A stretch of 64,000 bases of DNA, from positions 23,892 to 87,891 of the forward strand of contig OW818650.1 in the NCBI GenBank assembly GCA_942492865.1. Direction: 5' to 3'. This document shows, in pieces, positions 27,218-36,317 of this stretch. The position numbers and the translations under genes are program-made. The notes under the pieces were generated by a model, which saw only the letters and a list, made by a program, of their open reading frames with translations, did not search any database and had not been told where the DNA came from. Numbering within the stretch: the first letter of the stretch is position 1; each line of letters begins with the position of its first letter. Origin of the DNA: an uncultured Bacteroidales bacterium (lineage in GTDB: Bacteria > Bacteroidota > Bacteroidia > Bacteroidales > VadinHA17).

Positions 27218-30200
27218 TTATCTGAAAACTACCAAGTTTTTTGAAATTATGCCCTTTGCGGTCGAGATTTTCATTAAATAGTTTCCTGTTGAAAGTTGCG
27301 AGAGATCGATTCTAACCTTTTGTGACTTTATCGTTTTTTCTAATAAAACTGAACCTAACAAATTTAAAACTTGGACATGGTTTAAAATTAAGTCAGACTC
27401 AAGTACAACCTCATGATTTGCCGGATTTGGATAAACTTTAATATTTAATGATTCAGTTTCTGCAATGGACGATATGTTTTTCTTTGCGAGAACATTCATG
27501 GTTATCCCATACCAAGAACCAAGATACAAGCCGCCAATTTGATCATGAATTGAAAACCCAGAATATGGAATTCCATCTGAAGAATAATGCACATAATAAT
27601 GTCTGTTAACGTTATAAAAATTTGCTCCGTTCTTGGTAAGCAAAAAAGTTTGATCTTCCGATAATCCAATACAGGAAATCCAATCATTAATGTTTGATAT
27701 TGCTTTTAAATCAGCCCAGTCTGCAATAGAATAATTTTCGCCGAATTCTGATTGAATTCGTGTATTAAGATTTTCCGTTTCAGCATATTGTCCTTTTGTT
27801 AATAAAAAATTATTACATAAAGGATTTGATCCCTGAGTAAAATTTGCTACGAGGTTCCTGTTTGATGTTAGAGTGAAGGTATATGTTGCATTAGAAGATA
27901 CCACTGATCCGCTTTCCGTCCAGTTAGAAAATGAATAGCCACTGGTTGGAGTTGCTGTTACTGATCGGGAGGTTCCACTCTGGAATGTCCCAGATCCGTT
28001 AGTAGTACCGCCACCTGAGGGATTAGAAGAAGTAGTGATAGTATAGTTTACAGGATTCTGTGTGAAATTTGCTACGAGGTTCCTGTTTGATGTTAGAGTG
28101 AAGGTATATGTTGCATTAGAAGATACCACTGATCCGCTTTCCGTCCAGTTAGAAAATGAATAGCCGCTGGTTGGAGTTGCTGTTACTGATCGGGAGGTTC
28201 CACTCTGGAATGTCCCAGATCCGTTAGTAGTACCGCCACCTGAGGGATTAGAAGAAGTAGTGATAGTATAGTTTACAGGATTCTGTGTGAAATTTGCTAC
28301 GAGGTTCCTGTTTGATGTTAGAGTGAAGGTATATGTTGCATTAGAAGATACCACTGATCCGCTTTCCGTCCAGTTAGAAAATGAATAGCCACTGGTTGGA
28401 GTTGCTGTTACTGATCGGGAGGTTCCACTCTGGAATGTCCCAGATCCGTTAGTAGTACCGCCACCTGAGGGATTAGAAGAAGTAGTGATAGTATAGTTTA
28501 CAGGATTCTGTGTGAAATTTGCTACGAGGTTCCTGTTTGATGTTAGAGTGAAGGTATATGTTGCATTAGAAGATACCACTGATCCGCTTTCCGTCCAGTT
28601 AGAAAATGAATAGCCACTGGTTGGAGTTGCTGTTACTGATCGGGAGGTTCCACTCTGGAATGTCCCAGATCCGTTAGTAGTACCGCCACCTGAGGGATTA
28701 GAAGAAGTAGTGATAGTATAGTTTACAGGATTCTGTGTGAAATTTGCTACGAGGTTCCTGTTTGATGTTAGAGTGAAGGTATATGTTGCATTAGAAGATA
28801 CCACTGATCCGCTTTCCGTCCAGTTAGAAAATGAATAGCCGCTGGTTGGAGTTGCTGTTACTGATCGGGAGGTTCCACTCTGGAATGTCCCAGATCCGTT
28901 AGTAGTACCGCCACCTGAGGGATTAGAAGAAGTAGTGATAGTATAGTTTACAGGATTCTGTGTGAAATTTGCTACGAGGTTACTGTTTGATGTTAGAGTG
29001 AAGGTATATGTTGCATTAGAAGATACCACTGATCCGCTTTCCGTCCAGTTAGAAAATGAATAGCCACTGGTTGGAGTTGCTGTTACTGATCGGGAGGTTC
29101 CACATAGATATGTCCCAGATCCTCCAGTAGTGCCTCCTCCTGTAGGATTTGAGGATAAATTAATTGAATAGTATATCGGTGAGAAGTGAGCGAAAAGATT
29201 TGTATTTTCATAAACATAAAAAGAATATGTAGCATTTGTTGATACAACCGAACCGTTATCATTAGTCCAATAGTTGAATGAATAACAATTTTTTGGCGTA
29301 GCGGTAACAATTACCTTATCTCCGTAAAAATAAGTCCCATTTCCAGATGTTGTGCCGCCATTGGAGGGAACCGAGGATGTTGAAACCAGATTTGTTTCCC
29401 TTATAAAAATCCCTCTTTCTCTCTGAGTTGTCATATTCCCAACATTATCATAAGCACGAACTCTAAAAAAATATGTATGACCTCTTACTCCTGTAAATGA
29501 ATAATTAAATTCAGGTCCAATATTTGGGAATGGTGATAATTGTTGCCATGCAGCAGCATTTGTAGTTACAAATCCGACATTATCTGCATATTCTAATTCA
29601 ACCTTCCAAATGCCACTCTCGTTACCAGTATTATTTAGATTATCTATTGGGTATGTGTAAACAATAAATGATGTTTCATCACTAAGGTCTCCCATAGGAA
29701 TTTCATTATTGTTGCTATCATAAATACCAATGTAGGCCCCCCCGCTGAAAATGGCAAAAACAGGAGCATCAGCATCGGTAATTTGTTGAATGAATTTTGT
29801 TTCAACAAGGTCATCAAACAATAAATCATTTTCCTTCAGTTCGAGATGCAAATATTTAGATGGCTTATCTGAATATGTTGGATTCAAGACCTGCATGTTA
29901 AATGTGAAATATGACATACTTCCAAGTGAAATTATATTCGATTTGTTATTGCTTGAAGTAGAAAAAAATGAATTCCATGGTAATGTTGGCTCATCTGCAA
30001 TATTAAGATAATATTTCCCAGATTCATTGGCTCTTATTTTTAAACCAACTATTGCACCATTAGTTGGAAGATTGTTACGAGAAGGTAGGTAGATAGGACC
30101 TGTAAGAGAATTTGGGACATAAACTCTATATTGGTCAATGCCAATGTTGCTACCACTTATTTCAGTAATATATGCTTGAGAGGAAGCTTGGGTTACGGTT

Positions 30201-30313
30201 AAAATTAATAGCAATGTTCCCAATAATATAAAATGGAATTTGGTTCTAATACTAACGCCTAATCGAATTATGGCTTCAAATGAACCTGCTATTATTTTTG
30301 TTAATTTATACAT
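27218..30313 (-). CDS. T9SS-sorted surface protein with seven Listeria-Bacteroides (InlB B-type) repeats
   Basis: 1031 aa with an N-terminal signal/TM. Seven 75-aa repeats contain the GYSFSNWTE pattern. The C-terminal VYPNPANHEVVLE...GNYLMKI...VVFR looks like a Por/T9SS sorting domain. Confidence 0.8.
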   Translation of the reverse strand: MYKLTKIIAGSFEAIIRLGVSIRTKFHFILLGTLLLILTVTQASSQAYITEISGSNIGIDQYRVYVPNSLTGPIYLPSRNNLPTNGAIVGLKIRANESGKYYLNIADEPTLPWNSFFSTSSNNKSNIISLGSMSYFTFNMQVLNPTYSDKPSKYLHLELKENDLLFDDLVETKFIQQITDADAPVFAIFSGGAYIGIYDSNNNEIPMGDLSDETSFIVYTYPIDNLNNTGNESGIWKVELEYADNVGFVTTNAAAWQQLSPFPNIGPEFNYSFTGVRGHTYFFRVRAYDNVGNMTTQRERGIFIRETNLVSTSSVPSNGGTTSGNGTYFYGDKVIVTATPKNCYSFNYWTNDNGSVVSTNATYSFYVYENTNLFAHFSPIYYSINLSSNPTGGGTTGGSGTYLCGTSRSVTATPTSGYSFSNWTESGSVVSSNATYTFTLTSNSNLVANFTQNPVNYTITTSSNPSGGGTTNGSGTFQSGTSRSVTATPTSGYSFSNWTESGSVVSSNATYTFTLTSNRNLVANFTQNPVNYTITTSSNPSGGGTTNGSGTFQSGTSRSVTATPTSGYSFSNWTESGSVVSSNATYTFTLTSNRNLVANFTQNPVNYTITTSSNPSGGGTTNGSGTFQSGTSRSVTATPTSGYSFSNWTESGSVVSSNATYTFTLTSNRNLVANFTQNPVNYTITTSSNPSGGGTTNGSGTFQSGTSRSVTATPTSGYSFSNWTESGSVVSSNATYTFTLTSNRNLVANFTQNPVNYTITTSSNPSGGGTTNGSGTFQSGTSRSVTATPTSGYSFSNWTESGSVVSSNATYTFTLTSNRNLVANFTQGSNPLCNNFLLTKGQYAETENLNTRIQSEFGENYSIADWADLKAISNINDWISCIGLSEDQTFLLTKNGANFYNVNRHYYVHYSSDGIPYSGFSIHDQIGGLYLGSWYGITMNVLAKKNISSIAETESLNIKVYPNPANHEVVLESDLILNHVQVLNLLGSVLLEKTIKSQKVRIDLSQLSTGNYLMKISTAKGIISKNLVVFR
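27839..29188. repeat. Six tandem 225-bp units inside the CDS (five near-identical)
   Basis: The GAAATTTGCTACGAGGTT anchor recurs at 28064, 28289, 28514, 28739 and 28964, an exact 225-nt period. The 27839 unit carries a variant anchor (AAAATTTGCTACGAGGTT) at the same spacing. Only a few substitutions separate the units. Confidence 0.9.
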
Positions 30314-30659
30314 ATTTATGATTTTTGATCAGTATAGTTTATACAAAAATGGATTTCAATAGGGGAAATGTCGATTTCAGTAAGAATTTATTAAGATATC
30401 TTCTAAAGAGTTATATTTTTATTCTAACTATAATTTGATTATCAGATCTTTATAAATATATAAAATTTACGATTTTCGATATTATTAACAATAATTGAAA
30501 GGTTACGCTTTACTTTAAGTGTGATAAAAGTTACAATAAAATGATCAACGGTTGTTACACAAATTAGATTATTTTGACAAATCCCTGACTTTTTTGGATG
30601 AAATGCATATTTTAAATTGTTAAGTCTTGATGAAGTTATCTGGTCACTTGCTGCTGGTT

Positions 30660-30698
30660 CAAGGGGTCGTCCGTTCAAGTCGGATCACCCCGACAAAA
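30660..30698 (+). other. 39-bp direct repeat of the tRNA-Pro 3' half (att-like; decayed tRNA remnant)
   Basis: CAAGGGGTCGTCCGTTCAAGTCGGATCACCCCGACAAAA is identical to 26693-26731. Upstream, cacttgc also matches, but there is no acceptor 5' strand. A hairpin plus T-run follows. Confidence 0.8.
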
Positions 30699-31170
30699 AT
30701 AGGATAAGGGTTTGCGATGATGCAGACCCTTTCCTTTTTCAACCATTTGCAAACAATTTGCAAAAATGTTCTCACTCTGAATCCTGCATTAATGCTGGAT
30801 TTTAAAAAAAACTTTTATTGGTTCGCATCAAAGACAGCAGAAAACCTCGAGAAGATGGCCAGGTTATCAACCAGGCCAGAAGCAGTGCTGGTTAAATCAG
30901 TGACACTCGAACCTTCCACGTTTTACCACGAGCTTATCAGCAATGGCAAAGCATGATCATCGCAGAAGGCTGTTATCCCATTCAAGGTAAACGGAATAAT
31001 ACTTTGTTTGCCAGATTAAGAATCTGACTCATTTCACCTAAAAACAAAGACCAATTACATTTGTTTTGATAATAATTAATTACCCTTTCGGAGTGATATC
31101 TATGAGGTATAATAATTTATATTACTGTATCGGAAAGAATCTGGAATTATACATAATTAACTTTTAAAAA

Positions 31171-31746
31171 ATGGCAGGCAAAACACAAAAGAAGTTGTCT
31201 ACGGAACGACATAAGGAACTTATCAGAAAACTTAAAGAGCGTTTTGAGAAGAACATGAACCGCCATAAAGGTTTAGAATGGGACAAGTTAGAGGCAAAGC
31301 TGAACTCTAATGCTGAAAAACTGTGGGCACTCTATGAGATGGACAGAACGGGTGGCGAACCGGATGTCGTTGGTTATGACAAACAGACGAACGAATACAT
31401 TTTTTATGATTGCTCAGCGGAAAGTCCTGAAGGACGCAGAAATGTATGTTATGACAGCGATGGCCAGGCATCGAGGGATAAGAAGGGAGTGCATCCTGCA
31501 GGTAACGCAATTGATATGGCAACAACAATGAACATTGAGATCTTAAGTGAAGAACAATACCGGGAGTTGCAGACTCTTGGAGATTTCGATACAAAAACAT
31601 CGAGTTGGATAAAAACACCTTCTGAAATAAGAAAACTGGGTGGCGCCCTCTTTGCCGACCGCCGTTACAACAAAGTATTCATTTACCACAACAGTGCACC
31701 GTCTTTCTATGGTGCAAGAGGTTTCCGCGGCTCACTAAGGATCTGA
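31171..31746 (+). CDS. DUF4256-like protein
   Basis: 191-aa ORF. The pattern recalled for DUF4256 is ...GGEPDVVGYD...YDCSAESP... Confidence 0.5.
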   Translation: MAGKTQKKLSTERHKELIRKLKERFEKNMNRHKGLEWDKLEAKLNSNAEKLWALYEMDRTGGEPDVVGYDKQTNEYIFYDCSAESPEGRRNVCYDSDGQASRDKKGVHPAGNAIDMATTMNIEILSEEQYRELQTLGDFDTKTSSWIKTPSEIRKLGGALFADRRYNKVFIYHNSAPSFYGARGFRGSLRI

Positions 31747-31928
31747 ACCGTATAGCAAAACGCTCCTGCCTGCCTGGACATAATGAGATTCAAAGAGTGG
31801 GAAATAATGGATTAAAATAAAACTACCCGGTTCTTAATCATTTTGAGACTTCTCAAGAATGATAAGCATTATTCTGCCCTTTCTTTTTATTTTTATACTT
31901 TTGTGAATCGACAAACAATACCAAAATC

Positions 31929-32924
31929 ATGGCACTTTTTAAACCGCTTGACCTTAGTAATGAATCTGAAAAAACAAAACTTCACAAAACCGAAAAGGTC
32001 AGATGCCTGATCATTGGTTCTGGCCCTGCCGGGTACACTGCTGCAATCTATGCTGCACGGGCTAACCTCAAACCGGTTCTCTACACCGGTATGCAAATGG
32101 GTGGACAACTTACCACAACCACCGAGGTTGAGAATTATCCGGGTTATCCAAAAGGAATTACCGGACCTGAAATGATGGAGGAATTCAAGGAACAGGCTGA
32201 ACGTTTTGGGACAGACATACGGTTCGGAGTAGCGACCGGGGTTGACTTTACAGGCACTCCACATAAAGTGATTATTGATGATGAGACAGTTATAGAAGCC
32301 GATGCCGTGATCATTTCGACAGGAGCGACAGCAAAATATCTTGGGATAGAAGCAGAAACGAAATATGCAGGAATGGGTGTTTCAGCCTGCGCCACATGCG
32401 ACGGATTCTTCTACAAAGGAAAGGATGTTGCAGTTGTAGGTGGCGGCGATACAGCAGCTGAAGAGGCAGTTTACCTGGCAGGTATCTGCCGGAAAGTCTA
32501 CCTGATTGTGAGAAGAAACGAACTAAGGGCTTCAAAGGTAATGCAGGAAAGGGTCTTTAAAACTCCTAATATCGAAATTCTGTGGGAACATCAGGTAGTG
32601 GACCTTTACGGTGAAACAGGTGTTGAAGGCGCCACGCTGGTAAAAAAATCAGGAACATCTGAAGAAACAATTGTAAAGATTGCCATCGATGGATTCTTCC
32701 TTGCAATAGGACACACTCCGAACTCAGAGGTCTTCAGAAAATATCTTGAAACCGATGCAGTTGGCTATATAAAAACTATTCCCGGCACAACAAAAACAAA
32801 TGTTGAGGGGGTCTTTGCTGCCGGTGACGTTCAGGACAGGCACTACAGGCAGGCGGTAACTGCAGCAGGAACAGGATGTATGGCTGCTATCGATGCCGAA
32901 CGCTACTTATCGGATCATCATTAA
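31929..32924 (+). CDS. trxB: Thioredoxin-disulfide reductase
   Basis: 331 aa with GSGPAGYTAA FAD motif, redox CATCDG, and GGGDTAAEEA NADPH motif. Confidence 0.9.
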   Translation: MALFKPLDLSNESEKTKLHKTEKVRCLIIGSGPAGYTAAIYAARANLKPVLYTGMQMGGQLTTTTEVENYPGYPKGITGPEMMEEFKEQAERFGTDIRFGVATGVDFTGTPHKVIIDDETVIEADAVIISTGATAKYLGIEAETKYAGMGVSACATCDGFFYKGKDVAVVGGGDTAAEEAVYLAGICRKVYLIVRRNELRASKVMQERVFKTPNIEILWEHQVVDLYGETGVEGATLVKKSGTSEETIVKIAIDGFFLAIGHTPNSEVFRKYLETDAVGYIKTIPGTTKTNVEGVFAAGDVQDRHYRQAVTAAGTGCMAAIDAERYLSDHH

Positions 32925-32941
32925 GACTAAATCATGGGGGG

Positions 32942-33328
32942 ATGAAAACATTTAAAAAGCATTTCAAAATAAATGCAGAACCTTCGGATGTCTATTCTGC
33001 TATTACAAATCCCTATACCATAGAACTATGGACCGGATACCCTGCATTGATGTCGACCGAACCAGGAAGCGAATTCTCCCTGTGGGAAGGTGATATTACA
33101 GGAAAAAACATTGAGTTTGTGACCGACAGGAAAGTTGTTCAGGAGTGGTACTTCGGAGACCAGACTGAGAAATCAATAGTAACAATCATGATTCAGGATG
33201 ACCGCGGAAACTCTTCCGTAATGGTAGACCATACAAATATTCCTGATGATGACTTTGATGATATTGCCGAGGGATGGCGCGAATATTATATGGGAGCAAT
33301 TAACAGCTTTTTTAACCCTAATTTTTAA
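32942..33328 (+). CDS. SRPBCC/Aha1-like small protein
   Basis: Start at the internal ATG (MKTFKKHFKINAEPSDVYSAITNP...). The ORF-track start overlaps trxB. Confidence 0.5.
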   Translation: MKTFKKHFKINAEPSDVYSAITNPYTIELWTGYPALMSTEPGSEFSLWEGDITGKNIEFVTDRKVVQEWYFGDQTEKSIVTIMIQDDRGNSSVMVDHTNIPDDDFDDIAEGWREYYMGAINSFFNPNF

Positions 33329-33348
33329 AGAAAATAGCAGATCAAAAA

Positions 33349-33999
33349 TCAATTCCTGCTTTTGTCAGTGTTTGAGAGGACATTATTTACGTCTTCAATG
33401 CATGCATGAATAAGAGTTCCTATTCCCTTATAGCAAAGTGTATTGGCATGTTCCTGAACCTGATCGTTCCACTGAGGTATCCATGATAAAAGATGTTGTC
33501 CGATAAAACGTCGTATCTCTTTTCCCATTTCGTTTTTGCAGGGCAAATCGTCAATTGAAAGATATTTCTCAATGAGGCGGGTCAAAAACAGTAACTCAAT
33601 GGCAAGATGATCATCATTTTCTTTACCGCGCATTTTTGAAACCCAGCCGTAAGCATCGTAAAAAGCACTCACATCTTCCGCATGTCCTGAACCGTTATGT
33701 TTATGGTAGCCTGATTCCCTTACCGGAACCAGGGAGTTATTACCTGAAGGAAAAAGTCTTCTGTAATCGGTAAGAAGATCGTCCACGCACAGATGAACAT
33801 TCTCCACCGATTCCCTTAGCTGCGATGCAGCATTTATGAACCTTGGATTCCGGCTGGCGACAGGCAACTGCTTGAGTAAACCGTTCTTCCAAAAATCAAC
33901 AACACACTCTTTTGAAGGCTCATAGAGTACCATGCTACCTGCAAAAAGTAAAAGCATATTATACGCTTTAAGAATGTTATTGTCTTCTATATTTTCCAT
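33349..33999 (-). CDS. TorD/DmsD-family chaperone-like protein
   Basis: 216 aa. ...PVRESGY...FYDAYGW...DDHLAIELLFLTRL matches the recalled TorD-like pattern. Confidence 0.5.
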   Translation of the reverse strand: MENIEDNNILKAYNMLLLFAGSMVLYEPSKECVVDFWKNGLLKQLPVASRNPRFINAASQLRESVENVHLCVDDLLTDYRRLFPSGNNSLVPVRESGYHKHNGSGHAEDVSAFYDAYGWVSKMRGKENDDHLAIELLFLTRLIEKYLSIDDLPCKNEMGKEIRRFIGQHLLSWIPQWNDQVQEHANTLCYKGIGTLIHACIEDVNNVLSNTDKSRN

Positions 34000-34123
34000 C
34001 GTTCCTTAATGGCATGTATAACCGGAAAACTAAAAAATTGTTCGAAACATGAAAAAAAAACCGGAACAGCCTTGGGGCCATTCCAGTTTAAAATCAGTTA
34101 TGTTTAATTGTCAGGGATGTCAA

Positions 34124-35377
34124 TTACTGGATCATCTTAGAAAAGTCAATCATCTTATCAGGATATGAATTTGAGTCAATTTTCTTTTTGATCTCCTTAA
34201 AGGTTTTGACGGTATAATTTACATCATCAAGAGAATGGACCGCTGTAGGAATAAGCCGAAGCATAACAACATCCTTTGGAACTACCGGATAAATAACAGC
34301 TGAACAGAAGATGCCATAATTTTCCCTGAGGTCATAGATCATCTGGGTTGTCTGTTTAAGACCGCATTTCATAAATACGGGGGTAACCGGCGATTCAGTC
34401 TTTCCAAGATCAAGGCCTGCGTTCTTTAATCCTTCCTGAAGAGCTTTTACCACTGTCCAAAGCTTAGTTCTGAGCTCTGGATGAGTTTTAATAAGCTCCA
34501 GTCTTTTGATAGCGCCTAATGTCATTGCCATCGGAAGAGATTTAGCATATATCTGCGACCTCAGGTTATAACGAAGATAGGTTATCACCTCTTTTTTGCT
34601 GGCAATAAATCCACCTATACCTGCCATTGACTTGGCAAATGTGGCAAAATACATGTCAATGCCATCCTGTACTCCAAAATGTTCGCCTGTACCAGCACCA
34701 TTGGCGCCCATGGTACCAAACCCATGTGCATCATCAACCAGGAAACGGAAGTTGTATTTCTTTTTCAGCGCCACTATCTTGTCAAGTTTGCCAAGATCAC
34801 CAGCCATTCCGAAAACACCTTCGGTAATAACAAGTATTCCGCCACCGGTTTCCTTTGTTATTTTTTCGGCACGCTGAAGCTGCTTTTCGCAACTTTCAAT
34901 ATCGTTATGAGGAAATACGAATCTCTTTCCAATATGAAGCCTTAATCCGTCCATTATACATGCATGAGATTCCGAGTCATATACGATTACATCATGCCTG
35001 TCAACTATAGCATCAATAATGGAAACCATTCCCTGGTAGCCATAATTCAGCAGGTATGCATCCTCTTTACCGGTAAATTCAGCGGCCATTTTTTCGAATT
35101 TCTCATGCATAGTTGTTTGCCCCGACATCATTCTGGCTCCCATAGGATATGCCAGGCCATAGGTTTCAGTCACTTGTGCATCATACTTCCTTACCTCAGG
35201 ATGATTGGCCAGGCCCAGATAATTATTTAAGCTCCAGGTTAATACTTCCTTGCCAAGAAATTTCATCCTGGGGGCAATCTCCCCTTCCAGTTTTGGAAAC
35301 GTAAAATATCCATGAGCCATATGTGAGTACTGGCCAAGAGCACCTTTATCAGATGTGATTTTTTCGAAAATATCCAT
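34124..35377 (-). CDS. Alpha-oxoamine synthase family PLP enzyme (Kbl/BioF/serine-palmitoyltransferase-like)
   Basis: About 417 aa from MDIFEKI. Features NNYLGLANHPEV, DDAHGFG and FAKSMAGIGGF (PLP lysine). An alternative start lies at 35407. Confidence 0.8.
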   Translation of the reverse strand: MDIFEKITSDKGALGQYSHMAHGYFTFPKLEGEIAPRMKFLGKEVLTWSLNNYLGLANHPEVRKYDAQVTETYGLAYPMGARMMSGQTTMHEKFEKMAAEFTGKEDAYLLNYGYQGMVSIIDAIVDRHDVIVYDSESHACIMDGLRLHIGKRFVFPHNDIESCEKQLQRAEKITKETGGGILVITEGVFGMAGDLGKLDKIVALKKKYNFRFLVDDAHGFGTMGANGAGTGEHFGVQDGIDMYFATFAKSMAGIGGFIASKKEVITYLRYNLRSQIYAKSLPMAMTLGAIKRLELIKTHPELRTKLWTVVKALQEGLKNAGLDLGKTESPVTPVFMKCGLKQTTQMIYDLRENYGIFCSAVIYPVVPKDVVMLRLIPTAVHSLDDVNYTVKTFKEIKKKIDSNSYPDKMIDFSKMIQ

Positions 35378-35615
35378 GATTGAATTTAAATTAAAGAATT
35401 GGGACAAAATTAGTGAAAGAAGGAAGACCGGAATACCTATTTATACCTATTTCTGGCAGACAAGAAAATTTAAGCATTGACTAGTACAGCGCAATAAGCT
35501 CTCATTCTCAATTATAAATTCAATTTCACCTATTGCAGATCCCTGATTTTTTATAACTTTCCGATCCTGGCCTGCCCTCAATTATGAAAACTTCAAATTT
35601 AATTATATCATAACT

Positions 35616-35906
35616 ATGGCTTTTTACTTTGTTGCTCACACAAGGATCATTGATCCCAATGAATATGCACGCTACCTGGAAAGGTTTGATGAAATTTTTT
35701 CAAAATTCAAAGGTCAGTACATTGCAATTGATGAGTGTCCGGTTATTATTGAAGGAAACCGGAATTATAACAAATCGGTCCTTATAAAATTCCATAGCAG
35801 GGAGGATTTTGAAGATTGGTTTAATTCAGAAGATTACCGGGAAATAATGAAGCATAGATTGAAATCCTCAGAAAGTGACATTATACTTGTTGAAGGAGTA
35901 GACTGA
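35616..35906 (+). CDS. DUF1330-like protein
   Basis: 96-aa ORF. Family assignment is from memory of the size and pattern only. Confidence 0.4.
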   Translation: MAFYFVAHTRIIDPNEYARYLERFDEIFSKFKGQYIAIDECPVIIEGNRNYNKSVLIKFHSREDFEDWFNSEDYREIMKHRLKSSESDIILVEGVD

Positions 35907-35932
35907 GAAGGTAAATTAAGACAAAACCATCA

Positions 35933-36283
35933 ATGAAACTCACAGTTTTACCGGAGAAATATTCAATTTATAAATTCAGAGATGAATCATCCATAGATGA
36001 ATGGATCATGTCTTCCGATTTTTATTCTGTAACCAGGACTAAAGATGAAATATCAGTTGTAGCAATTCAGAAAGATCCTTCTCCTTCCGGCATTGTCTGC
36101 AACAGGGATTGGCGGATCCTTAAAATTGAAGGACCCCTGGATCTTTCGCTGGTTGGTGTAATTGCCGGAGTTTCTGCGATCTTTGGAGAAAAAAAGATTC
36201 CTGTCTTTATTATATCAACTTACGATACTGATTATATTCTGATAAAACATAATGATTTAAATACCGGGATAGAAGCCCTTTAA
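35933..36283 (+). CDS. ACT-domain-like small protein
   Basis: 116-aa ORF (MKLTVLPEKYSIYKF...) of ACT_7-like length and pattern. Confidence 0.4.
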   Translation: MKLTVLPEKYSIYKFRDESSIDEWIMSSDFYSVTRTKDEISVVAIQKDPSPSGIVCNRDWRILKIEGPLDLSLVGVIAGVSAIFGEKKIPVFIISTYDTDYILIKHNDLNTGIEAL

Positions 36284-36317
36284 GAACAAGGATATAACAT
36301 AAAAAACACATGGTAAA

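Noticed and set aside
30625-30697. A second functional tRNA gene
   Set aside because: Only the 3' half matches tRNA-Pro. The 5' acceptor strand (CGGGGTG) is absent and the anticodon stem is disrupted (cttgc...tcaag).
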